Shown here: positions 40,628-52,660 of the stretch, in pieces
Layout of the letters: each line of letters opens with the position of its first letter
Numbering within the stretch: position 1 is the first letter of the stretch
Origin: Phyllobates terribilis
Taxonomy: Eukaryota
Direction: 5' to 3'
Length of the DNA stretch: 64,000 nucleotides
Assembly (NCBI RefSeq): GCF_046119375.1
Contig: NW_027362771.1
Location: forward strand, 546,654,001 to 546,718,000
Position numbers and translations under genes: made by a program
Notes under the pieces: generated by a model
The model's database searches: none
What the model saw: the letters and a program-made list of their open reading frames with translations, nothing else
Told to the model about the DNA's origin: nothing

Positions 40628-41060
40628 TCTATAATATAAGGCGGGATGCGTGTCTCTGTCTGAAGCCTCGATAGACTGCGCATGTGTGACGCGCAGTCTG
40701 GCTCCTGACAGAAGCAGGCATCCAGCCGTTACAGGTAAGAGGAGTATATGGCGCCGGAGATCGTGGTATGTGTAGACACTGAACGCATACCGCGATCTCC
40801 GGCACCATACTTACATACTTACCTGACCGGGAGGAGCGTTGTCGCGGCGCCTCTCTTCGCTGGAGACCGGGGGCGGAGTGAAGACGTTGGACTGGCGCGT
40901 GCGCATTGTGCTATCCGGCGCCATTTTACTGAAGACACATTTACAGTGTGTCTTCAGCAAAATGGCGCCGGACAGCACGGTGCTCCAGCGCTGCACTCCT
41001 CCCCCGGCCTCCGGCAGAAGAGGACGCAGCAGCGCTGGAGTACAGAGAAGAAAGGTGAGT
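40628..41060 (+). promoter_or_regulatory. CpG-rich promoter-like cassette in the inner Helitron
   Basis: NRF1-like TGCGCATGTG (40677-40686), a GC box, inverted YY1-type AAAATGGCG sites in a 32-bp-arm palindrome (40908-40978), and donors CAG|GTAAGA (40734) and AAG|GTGAGT (41054). Motif-level evidence only. Confidence 0.4.
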
Positions 41061-41100
41061 ATAACTGTTTATTTTTTTTGTATGTGTGTACAGTGTGAAA

Positions 41101-42598
41101 GGGATGAGGGGACCACACATAACAGGATTGTGGGGTGAGGGGACCATGCATATATCAGGATTGGGGGTGTGAGGGGTACCACACATACCAGGATTGGGGG
41201 GTGAGGGGTACCACACATACCAGGATTGGGGGTGAGGGGTACCACACATACCAGGATTGGGGGGTGAGGGGTACCACACATACCAGGATTGGGGGTGAAG
41301 GGTACCACACATACCAGGATTGGGGGTGAGGGGTACCACACATACCAGGATTGGGAGTGAGGGGTACCACGCATACCAGGATAGGGGGGTGAGGGGTGCC
41401 ACGCATACCAGGATTGGGGAGTGAGGGGTGCCACGCATACCAGGATTGGGGGGTGAGGGGTACCACACATACCAGGATTGAGGGTGAGGGGTACCACGCA
41501 TACCAGGATAGGGGGGTGAGGGGTACCACGCATACCAGGATAGGGGGGTGGGGGGTGAGGGGTGCCACGCATACCAGGATTGGGGGGTGAGGGGTACCGC
41601 GCATACCGGGATTGGGGGGTGAGGGGTACCGCGCATACCAGGATTGGGGAGTGAGGGGTACCACGCATACCAGGATTGGGGGGTGAGGGGGGTACCACGC
41701 ATACCAGGATTGGGGGGTGAGGGGGGTACCACGCATACCAGGATTGGGGGGTGAGGGGTACCACGCATACCAGGATTGGGGGTGAGGGGTACCACGCATA
41801 CCAGGATTGGGGGGTGAGGGGTACCACGCATACCAGGATTGGGGGTGAGGGGTACCACGCATACCAGGATTGGGCGGTGAGGGGTACCACGCATACCAGG
41901 GGTTGGGCGGTGAGGGGTACCACGCATACCAGGGGTTGGGCGGTGAGGGGTACCACGCATACCAGGGGTTGGGCGGTGAGGGGTACCACGCATACCAGGA
42001 TTGGGGGGTGAGGGGTGCCACGCATGCCACGATTGGGGAGTATGGGGTACCACGCATGCCAGGATTGGGGAGTGAGGGGTACCACGCATGCCAGGATTGG
42101 GGGGTGAGGGGTGCCACACATACCGGGATTGGGGGGTGAGGGGTGCCACGCATACCGGGATTGGGGGGTGAGGGGTGCCACGCATACCGGGATTGGGGGG
42201 TGGGGGGTGCCACGCATACCGGGATTGGGGGGTGAGGGGTGCCACGCATACCGGGATTGGGGATGAGGGGTGCCACGCATACCGGGATTGGGGATGAGGG
42301 GTGCCACGCATACCGGGATTGGGGATGAGGGGTGCCACGCATACCGGGATTGGGGATGAGGGGTGCCACGCATACCGGGATTGGGGATGAGGGGTGCCAC
42401 GCATACCGGGATTGGGGATGAGGGGTGCCACGCATACGGGGATTGGGGGTGAGGGGTGCCACGCATACCGGGATTGGGAGTGAGGGATAGGGTGCCATGC
42501 ATACCAGGATGAGGGATACCATACACACCAGGATAGGGATGAGGGGTGCCACGCATACCAGGATTGGGGGTGAGGGGGGCAGCACATACCAGCATGGG
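41101..42598. repeat. G-rich ~31-bp minisatellite, ~48 copies
   Basis: Unit GGTGAGGGGTACCACGCATACCAGGATTGGGG with positionally clustered variants. Confidence 0.95.
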
Positions 42599-42822
42599 AG
42601 ACCATATACCAATAAAAATGCTCGCCCCCCCCGGGCGTAGAACGGGTTCAATAGCTAGTAAGTGATATAAGATGGAACATTTTCACAGCGATGCCGTTTT
42701 AACATTACTTTGCATCATGTTCATTTTATGGGGCGCTTTTTCTGGCGGATTGCAGGCAGATAGTGTGACCATGTGCACACAGCCTAAGCGTCACATATAA
42801 ATCCTTTGTATTTCTCTTTCAG

Positions 42823-44063
42823 CAGCACAATCCATCACAGTCAAAGAGGAGCTAGAGTATTTTTTTGAGACTGATGTGTTCCCCAGATATTGGACAACGG
42901 AAAGTTCTGTGTGCGTCAAACCGGATCTTATGTTACCAGCGCAAATGTGCAATGGAGTTGAGAAGATGGTCTGTCATTCTGGAGACTCTACAAGACAAGA
43001 CCTGGTAGGTCAAGGTTTCAATAATGGGAATAAATCTTTAGTTCAGGCAATTCGTGACCAGTATGAAGGAACGACGTGGGTTGGGTCAAGTGTCACCAAG
43101 TCTGAAGTGATGGCTGAGCGCAAATCCCATCTCACGGAGAGATCTCACAAATGCACGGACTGCGGAAAATGCTTCAACAGTACTTCACACCTATTAAGAC
43201 CGAGGAGAATCCATGCAGGTGAGAGGCTTTATTTATGTGGCAAATGTGGAAAAAGTTTCATTGATAGCGCCTAGCTTGTCATACATGGAAGGACGCACAC
43301 CGGTGAGAAGCCATATGCCTGTAGCAAATGTGACAAGAGGTTCATATGCAAGTTGCACCTTGTGAGACACCAGAGATCTCACACGGGTGAGCGGCCGTAC
43401 GTGTGCAGCAAATGTGGTAAAAGGTTTGCTCAGAGCTCCAATCTTCTCACTCACTTGAGAACCCACACGGGGGAGAAGCCGTATTCTTGTTCTTATTGTG
43501 AAAAATGTTTTATCCGGAGGTCCCATCTTGTGCGTCATCAGCGGATTCACACAGGACAGGGGCCCTATGCTTGCAGTGAATGTGAGAAAAGCTTCACAGA
43601 AAGTTCTGGTCTGCTGAAACATCTGAGAACACACTCAGGGGAAAAGCCTTATGCCTGCAGCCAGTGCCAAAAATCATTTATGGACAAGTCCGCCTTGGCC
43701 AACCATCAGAGAACTCATACAGGGGAGCGGCCATATCCTTGTAGAGACTGCGGGAAAACGTTCTCTCACAGCTCCGCTCTGGTGAAGCATGTCCGTATTC
43801 ACACTGGTGAAAAGCCGTATGCATGCAGAAAATGTGGGAAAAGTTTTTCTCAGACCTCGGCCCTTGTGAATCATGAGACAACTCACACTGGAGAAAAGCC
43901 ATTTTCATGTTCTGACTGTGGGAATTGTTTTACACAAGCGTCCTCCCTTGTAAAACACCAGCGGACTCACACAGGAGTGAGGCCATACACCTGCGGAGAG
44001 TGTGGGAAGAGTTTTACATACAGCTCCGTGCTCGTCAAACATGAGAGGACGCACAAAAAATAA
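42823..44063 (+). CDS. Terminal exon: repeat module 3 plus 11 C2H2 units, with in-frame TAG at 43272-43274
   Basis: Tandem acceptor TTTCAG|CAG|. ORFs 42876-43274 and 43353-44063 share one frame. TGEKPY-type linkers, 9 intact fingers after the stop, natural stop TAA at 44061-44063. Confidence 0.92.
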
Positions 44064-44168
44064 CACATTGCTTAAATATAAATTAAAAAAAACCTTTCCC
44101 AAACCTAAAAACACCCTTAAATTAAATGGTTTCTCCAGGAATAATGAAAGAAAGAAAATGTCATTAAG

Positions 44169-44174
44169 AATAAA
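44169..44174 (+). terminator. Candidate polyadenylation signal of the ZNF gene
   Basis: AATAAA about 105 nt after the ZNF stop codon. Confidence 0.4.
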
Positions 44175-44968
44175 TATCTTTAGTTTAGAAAATCGTATTC
44201 ATTTTGTCAGGAGGTAATAACTACAATCATCACCATCTTGTTACACTGACAGAAAACAAAATAATAGGACAGGAGCCTCTGAGCATGTGCAGTAGGACGC
44301 TCTGCTGCTGTGTCCTGGAAGGAACTTATACTATTAGCTCCAGGACACAGCAGCAGAACTGCACATGCTCCCAAACACATCTTGTGAAAGGGTTATTCCC
44401 ACACTATCAATCATGTAGGTTTTCTCTGGCCAGTTTGCACATGCTCAGTAGACGCTTGCTATTCTTCTATAATGGGTATCCTCCTCTTAAAGGGGTTGTC
44501 CGGGCATGGGAATTTGATTACTTATCTAAAGTATAGGCAATTAATAGCAGATCAGTGGGGGTCCAACTACTTTTGCCCCCACTGATCAGTTATTTTTTTT
44601 TGTTCCAGCAGCCGGGTTTAAACACAATGAATGGAGATGCTGAGCACAGCTTTGTTCAAACTGTAGCTGCCGCTGCTGGGTACTGCAGGACAGCTCCTGT
44701 TCTTTTGTATAAAACCAGTGCTGCAGTGGCCGCTACACTTTGAACAAAGCTGCGCACAGCAGCTATTTTTTGTGTTGTTGCGGAAACCCCTCTGTAGGGA
44801 GAGCTTTGGGGGAGACGCTAGGGGTCTCCACACTTTTGGCAGTCTTGACCAAATTAGGGCTACAATATACACACGTGTCTGTGTACAGAGCCTATCTGCT
44901 GGGCCTTAAAACAGGGATCCTTTTTATTATCAAGTTAGAAAAAGGAAGTGAATAACGGTAGCAACATA

Positions 44969-46604
<1,636 letters not shown>

Positions 46605-47111
46605 TATATGGGCATAAGATCATTTGAGCAGAAAGTTTATAGCTTATAAATTCAACTCTCCGGTAACCTACACTTATGAAACCAGACAATGTCTAAAACA
46701 GTTTCCCAAATTAGCAAGACTTACATACTGTCTGGTTACTTTTAAAATAAAATAAAACTTAATGCTAAGCAAGAAGTGAAAACCAAAGTTATTCTTCTGA
46801 GATATAAATTGTCTTAAATGATAATAAAAGTAAGCTAATTAAGAACAACATCTACAAGACATGAGAAAGACATGAGCCATCGTGAGGAACAGTATTGACG
46901 GACGCGTGTGTGATGGAAGTGCTGGGCCGTCTCCTGTTAGCCATGGAAATTATTATGTTTGGTTAATGGCCAGATAGTTTAGGATTTATTTTTTTAATGT
47001 TGATGTGATTTACTTTACCTCTATGAGAAGAAAATAAAGTTGATTAATTCCAGTATGAATAAAAACCTTTACTTTTGTATTGAAGTTTTTATTGAGTTTG
47101 AGTCTAAACAC

Positions 47112-47480
47112 TTAAAGGGAATCTGAAAGCAGTTTTTTTGCTATGTAATCTGAGAGCAGAATGGTGTAGAGGTAGAGAGCCTGATTCCAGAGATGTATCA
47201 CTTACTCTGCTGCTAATTGTTGTATCAAAATAATCAGTGTTTTATTTGCCGAATTATATCACTAGAGGACGTCTGATGTCCTGTAGTCATCCTGCTCCCT
47301 GTAACACCGCACCACTGAATGGCTTTCTGTGTATACTGTATATTGACAGAAAGCTGCCAATCAGGGGTGTGGGCAGGGTGGTACACAGCTCAGCATTCAG
47401 AGAGCTGGTAAATCTGCAGCAGAGAAAAAAATGATTTTATCAAAACTATACCAAGCAACCCAGTGAGTGACACATTGACC
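47112..47480. mobile_element. T2/Kolobok-type MITE
   Basis: TTAAAGGGAATCTG start. Shares internal segments with 26180-26415. Confidence 0.45.
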
Positions 47481-49371
47481 ACTGGCTCCAGGAAGTCTTC
47501 GATCAGTGCTTTGAACAGAGCAAGCTCTTACCTAGCTACTATGGAATAATTGAATTAACCTCTTCCTTCACCCATATAGGGGTGGGGGGGGACTGCCTAG
47601 CCTTGGAGTGATTACAGAACCTGCAGGCGGTGGTACACCTCATTTTCACATGTCAGATTATAAAAGTTGCATCCCCCAGAGCAGAGGGAAATGAAGTCTA
47701 TGCCCCCAGGTCTCCTGGATCAATTAAAGGCTATAATTATACTTTCATAGGCTGTTTATAAAAATGATCAAAAAAAGTAAATAACCCCATAAATTCCAGA
47801 GCCAAAGACCTGTTGAGCGGGCGTATTAGATATTTTAGTGTTTCTTTTATTTTAATACTGCCATTTGCCTCATACATCACTGTTTTTGGTATAAATTATA
47901 TTACCACATGTCAAACAATTTACCAGTTGGTGCAGTAGTTCCTAAGAAAACCATCAGAGTCCGCATTCATGATCTGCAGGTTTTTGAGTCTGTGTATTTG
48001 AATAATTAATTGAAAGGGGAGTGTTCAAAATAATAGCAATGTGGAGGTCAATTAGCGAGGTAAGTCATTCTGTGAAGAAACAGGTGTGTATCAGGTGGCC
48101 CTTATTTAAGGGTGAAGCTAGCACATGTTGTGTATGCATTTCTCCTTGAAAGCCTGAGGAATATGGGTTGTTCAAGACATTGTTCAGAAGAACAGCGTAC
48201 TTTGATTAAAAAGTTGGAGAGGGTAAAACTTATAATGAAGTGCAGACTGTAACGGGTCTGGGAGGTGGAACCTCTGAGCAACGATACAAAGGGGCAGTCC
48301 TTGTAAGGAAGCGGGTGGCTCCCAGGGTAGGTGGGCAGGTAGTCACGGCAAGTGACGGGGACAGTCTCTGGGTAGAAGGGCAGGGGGTCACGGCAAGTGA
48401 CGGGGACAGTCTCTGGGTAGAAGGGCAGGAGGTCACGGCAAGTGACGGGGACAGTCTCTGGGTAGAAGGGCAGGAGGTCACGGAAAGTGACGGGAACAGT
48501 TTCTTGACAGGCGGGTGGTCACGGCAAGTGATGGCTAAGCCTCCAGGTAGGCTAGCAGGCAGGTAGCAGGCGCACGCTCCCAGGTGAGCGGGTAAGAGTC
48601 TCTGGACAGGCAGGTGGTCACAGCACGTGACGGCAGAGCCTCCAGGTAGGCTAGCAGGCAGGTAGCAGGCGGACGCTCCCAGGTGAGCGGGTAAGAGTCT
48701 CTGGACAGGCAGGTGGTCACAGCACGTAACGGCAGAGCCTCCAGGTAGGCTAGCAGGCAGATAGCAGATGGACGCTCCCAGGTGAGCGGGTAAGAGTCTC
48801 TGGACAGGCAGGTGGTCACAGCACGTGACGACAGAGCCTCCAGGTAGGCTAGCAGGCAGGTAGCAGATGAGCGCTCCCAGGTGAGCGGGTAAGAGTCTCT
48901 GGACAGGCAGGTGGTCACAGCACGTGACGGCAGAGCCTCCAGGTAGGCTAGCAGGCAGGTAGCAGATGAGCGCTCCCAGGTGAGCGGGCAATGAGATCCA
49001 TAGACAGACTGGCAGGGCTGGTAGGCAGACTGTCGGACCGCAGGAATGCAAGTAGATAGACAAGTATCAGGCAGGTATCAAGCAGGAATCTGGCAGGTAA
49101 CTGGTAACGGGACCTGAGGGCTGAAGCTGAGTGATAGACTATGCAACAACATTGCTCGGGCACCTCCATTTTGGAGGAGGTGCCTTATATATGGTGAGGT
49201 CCTCCGGCCATTGGCCGGGGACTCCTTAGGACGGCGCGCGCGGCCCCTTTAAGAGAGGGGGAGCACGCTCGCACCCTAAGCACAGTGGCTGGGAAGCAGC
49301 GCACGCTGCCAGCAGAGCGGGAGGAAGACGCCGGGCACGGAGCAGAGATGTGAGGGGAACAGCGTCCCTGC

Positions 49372-52300
49372 CTAGCAGGAGGCAGGGACGCCGACGCTAC
49401 AGTACCCCCCCCCTTTAGGCCCCCCCTTTTTTAGGCCAGACAGAAATTTATCAAGGATGAGAGGGGCTTGGATGTTCTCCCGGGGCTCCCACGTTCTCTC
49501 CTCAGGACCAAACCCCTTCCAATCTACTAGAAAAAAGGTCTTTCCTCTTACCCTTTTGGTGGCCAGAATGTTCTCTACCTCAAACTCGTTTTCAGCGGAA
49601 ACCGGAGCAGGAGGCGTACCTGTAGACTTGGAAAAAGAGTTAAGTACCACGGGTTTGGGGAGAGATACATGGAAGGAGTTAGGGATCCGTAAGTTGGCCG
49701 GGAGTTTCAATTTATAGGCCACTGGGTTGATTTGTTTGATAACTTCCAGTGGGCCGATGAACCGAGGCCCTAACTTGTAGGAAGGAATCTTGAGCCGGAC
49801 ATACTTGGACGAGAGCCAGACTTTATCTCCAGGACGGAATTGTGGAGGATCCAGGCGTTTTTTGTCAGTGTGTCTTTTCATCCGCTCGGACGACTGAAGG
49901 AGTGCGGATCGGGTACTCTCCCAAATGGAGGAGAATTCGCTAACGAGAGATTCTGCAGCCGGATTGTCCACCAAGGTGGAGACGGGAAATGGGATCTGAG
50001 GATGCTGACCGAAGACTACAAAAAACGGGGATTTGGAGGAAGATTCGCTCTCGTGATTATTGTAAGAGAACTCGGCCCATGGTAGGAGATCCACCCAGTC
50101 CGAATGGTGGGCATTAACGAAGTGCCGGAGGTAACTGGTCAGGTTCTGATTGATCCGCTCCACTTGACCATTGGACTGTGGGTGGTAGGCGGAGGAGAAG
50201 TCCAGGGTGACGTCCAGCAGCTTACATGTGGCTCTCCAGAAGCGTGAGGTGAACTGAACCCCACGATCCTACACGATGTGGAGGGGCAGGCCATGGAGAC
50301 GGAAGATGTGGCGGATAAAGTCTTTAGCCAGCTCGGGTGCAGACGGAAGGCCCGGCAGGGGAATGAAGTGAGCCATCTTGGAAAAGCGGTCAGCGACCAC
50401 CCAAATGACCGTACAACCGGCAGTGACAGGGAGATCCGTTATAAAGTCCATAGCTATATGCTGCCACGGGGCAGCAGGTACTGGAAGAGGAAGGAGGCGA
50501 CCGGCTGGCAGATGTCTCGGAACCTTGTTGCGGGCGCAGGACACACAGGCTGAAACAAAGTCTATTACGTCCTTGTGCAGGGTAGGCCACCAGTAATGCC
50601 GGGCAATAAGCTGGAGGGTCTTTTTATGACCGGCGTGGCCAGCTAGCTTAGACGAGTGACCCCAGTGTAGGATCTTCCGATCAGGTACAGTTACGAACGT
50701 CTTTCCGGGAGGGAGACGATTTAGATTCACGGGGGCCACCTGCATTACTCTGGCGGGATCAATGATGTGCTTAGGCTCCTCCTCTAGATCAGACACCAGG
50801 AAGGATCGGGACAAGGCGTCAGCTTTGATGTTTTTGTCTGCCGGGCGAAAATGAACGAAATCAAAGCGGGCAAAAAACAAGGACCACCGGGCTTGGCGCG
50901 GGTTAAGTCTCTGGGCGCTCTGGAGGTAAGCCAAGTTCTTGTGCTCCGTGTAAATAATTACCGGGTGAAGAGCCCCCTCGAGCAGGTAACGCCACTCCTC
51001 CAGTGCCAGCTTACTGGCCAATAACTCTCGGTCTCCTATAGAATAATTGCGCTCAGAAGAGGAGAAGAGTTTGGAGAAGAAGCCGCAAGTTACCATTCTT
51101 CCGGAAGACGACTTTTGGGTAAGTACTGCTCCGGCCCCAGAGGAGGAGGCGTCCACTTCCAGGAAGAATTGTTTGTTGCCGTCCGGACGATGCAGCACCG
51201 GGGCGGAAGAGAAAGCCTGTTTTAAGGAAAGAAAGGCTTCCTCTGCTGCGGGCGGCCATTCTCTGGGATTAGTGCCCTTACGAGTGAGCGCAGAGATTGG
51301 GGCAGTCCGGGAAGAGAAGTGCGGTATGAAGAGGCGGTAGTAGTTGGCGAAGCCCAGGAACCGCTGAATAGCCTTCAACCCCTCTGGTCGGGGCCACTTC
51401 TGGATGGCAGACAGTTTCTCAGGATCCATTCGTAGGCCGGTCTGAGAGATTATGTAGCCCAAGAACGGAAGCGAGGTCTGCTCAAAGAGGCACTTCTCAT
51501 ATTTAGCGTAGAGGTGGTTCTGCCTGAGCCTGAGCAGGACCTGACGAACATCCCTCCGGTGAGTGAGAAGATCCGGAGAGAAGACCCAAGATGTCGTCCA
51601 GGTACACCACTACGCAGGAGTAGTGAAGGTCCCGGAAGATGTCATTGACCAACTCTTGAAAGACGGCGGGAGCGTTACAGAGACCGAAGGGCATTACCAG
51701 ATATTCATAGTGGCCGTCCCGGGTGTTGAATGCCGTCTTCCATTCATCCCCCTGACGGATACGGACCAGGTTATACGCCCCACGGAGGTCCAGCTTGGTG
51801 AAGATTCTAGCCCCCCTCAGACGGTCAAATAATTCCGGAATGAGCGGAAGGGGGTATTTATTCTTCACCGTGATCTGGTTAAGGCCTCTATAGTCTATAC
51901 AGGAACAGAGTGAGCCGTCCTTCTTTTTGACGAAGAAGAAGCCTGCTCCCGCCGGGGAGGTCGATTTCCGGATAAATCCCCGGGCCAGATTCTCCTCAAT
52001 ATATTCAGACATGGACCGGGTCTCAGCAGCGGACAAAGGGTAAATGCGCCCACGGGGAGGAGCAGCGCCGGGCATCAGGTCGATTGGGCAGTCGTATGGT
52101 ATATGAGGGGGTAATGTCTCTGCCTCCTTTTTATTAAAGACGTCCGCATACGACCAATAAGGAGCCGGAAGACCAGGTAGATTGGCTGGGGTAGGAGAAG
52201 GACAGACAGGATGGACGGGAACTAAACAAGTCTTATGGCAGTCCGGTCCCCAGCGAAGGACTTCTCCGGTCTGCCAATCAAGCACGGGTGCATGTTTTTG

Positions 52301-52660
52301 AAGCCAAGGTAGGCCTAGCAAGAGGGCGTGAGAGAGTCCAGGCAGAACATGAAAGAAGATGCTCTCAGAGTGCAGCATTCCCACCTGCAGGGTTATGGAT
52401 TCAGTGATGATTTGGATGGGATGTGGTAAGAGGCCCCCATCCACGGCAGCGACAGATAAGGGTACAGCCAGAGGTTTGGTGGGAATGCGGTATTTCTCTA
52501 CCAGGGACTGAGAAATGAGATTTCCGGCAGCTCCAGAGTCAAGTTGGGCTAGTTCAAATAACGGTTCTCCCCGCAGATGATAGAGACCGACAGCAACAGA
52601 GATGGAGAGGGTTTACTCTGGTCTAGGACGACCTCTCTGAGCGATCCTAGACACAGGCGT
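49372..52660 (-). pseudogene. pol: Pol (protease LDSG, RT YLDD, RNase H, integrase, chromodomain), broken by frameshifts
   Basis: ORF pieces 51503-52444, 50269-51462 and 49372-50163. Frameshifts lie just before LDSGAAGN and just after YLDDIL. Confidence 0.92.

Larger units (their letters stand above)
28651..42658 (+). mobile_element. Compound non-autonomous Helitron-like element (two 5' ends, one 3' end)
   Basis: A|TCTATATTATAAGG at 28651 and A|TCTATAATATAAGG at 40628, sharing ~56 bp. 3' end has an imperfect hairpin CCCGGGCGTAGAACGGG, then AATAGCTAG|T. No TSD, consistent with A-T insertion. No Rep/helicase ORF. Confidence 0.8.
28236..42784. mobile_element. Harbinger-like MITE (~540 bp: 28236-28650 plus 42659-42784) split by the Helitron block
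   Basis: TAA TSD at 28233-28235 and 42785-42787. TIRs GGTTGTGTTCACA / TGTGCACACAGCC (11/13). Confidence 0.8.
9172..44174 (+). other. KRAB-C2H2 zinc-finger gene (at least 6 coding exons; premature stop in last exon)
   Basis: All six exons have canonical AG/GT boundaries and compatible phases (0,1,1,1,1). The joined CDS is 1884 nt (627 codons plus stop) and is interrupted only by TAG at 43272. The first exon found has an acceptor, so a further upstream 5' UTR exon is implied. No confident ortholog name. Confidence 0.9.

Noticed and set aside
40615-40640. Head-to-tail rolling-circle Helitron dimer junction
   Set aside because: No hairpin or CTAG precedes the second TC. The junction is a satellite variant (CTAAGGACA|TC), so this is not a simple tandem dimer.
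40941-42651. 500+ aa Pro-rich ORFs in three minus-strand frames
   Set aside because: They are translations of a C-rich minisatellite that lacks stop codons. Being open in all frames argues against coding selection.
28651-42658. Autonomous Helitron or captured host gene fragments
   Set aside because: No Rep/helicase motifs and no recognisable captured exon are present.
43272-43290. Programmed stop-codon readthrough as an established feature
   Set aside because: TAG CTT GTC does not match UGA-CUAG or UAG-CARYYA motifs, and I see no clear downstream structure. It is kept only as a minor alternative.
48230-49063. 277-aa and related ORFs in the LTRs (also 53299-53958)
   Set aside because: They come from in-frame 45- and 99-bp LTR repeats, with no domain signal and different lengths in the two LTRs.
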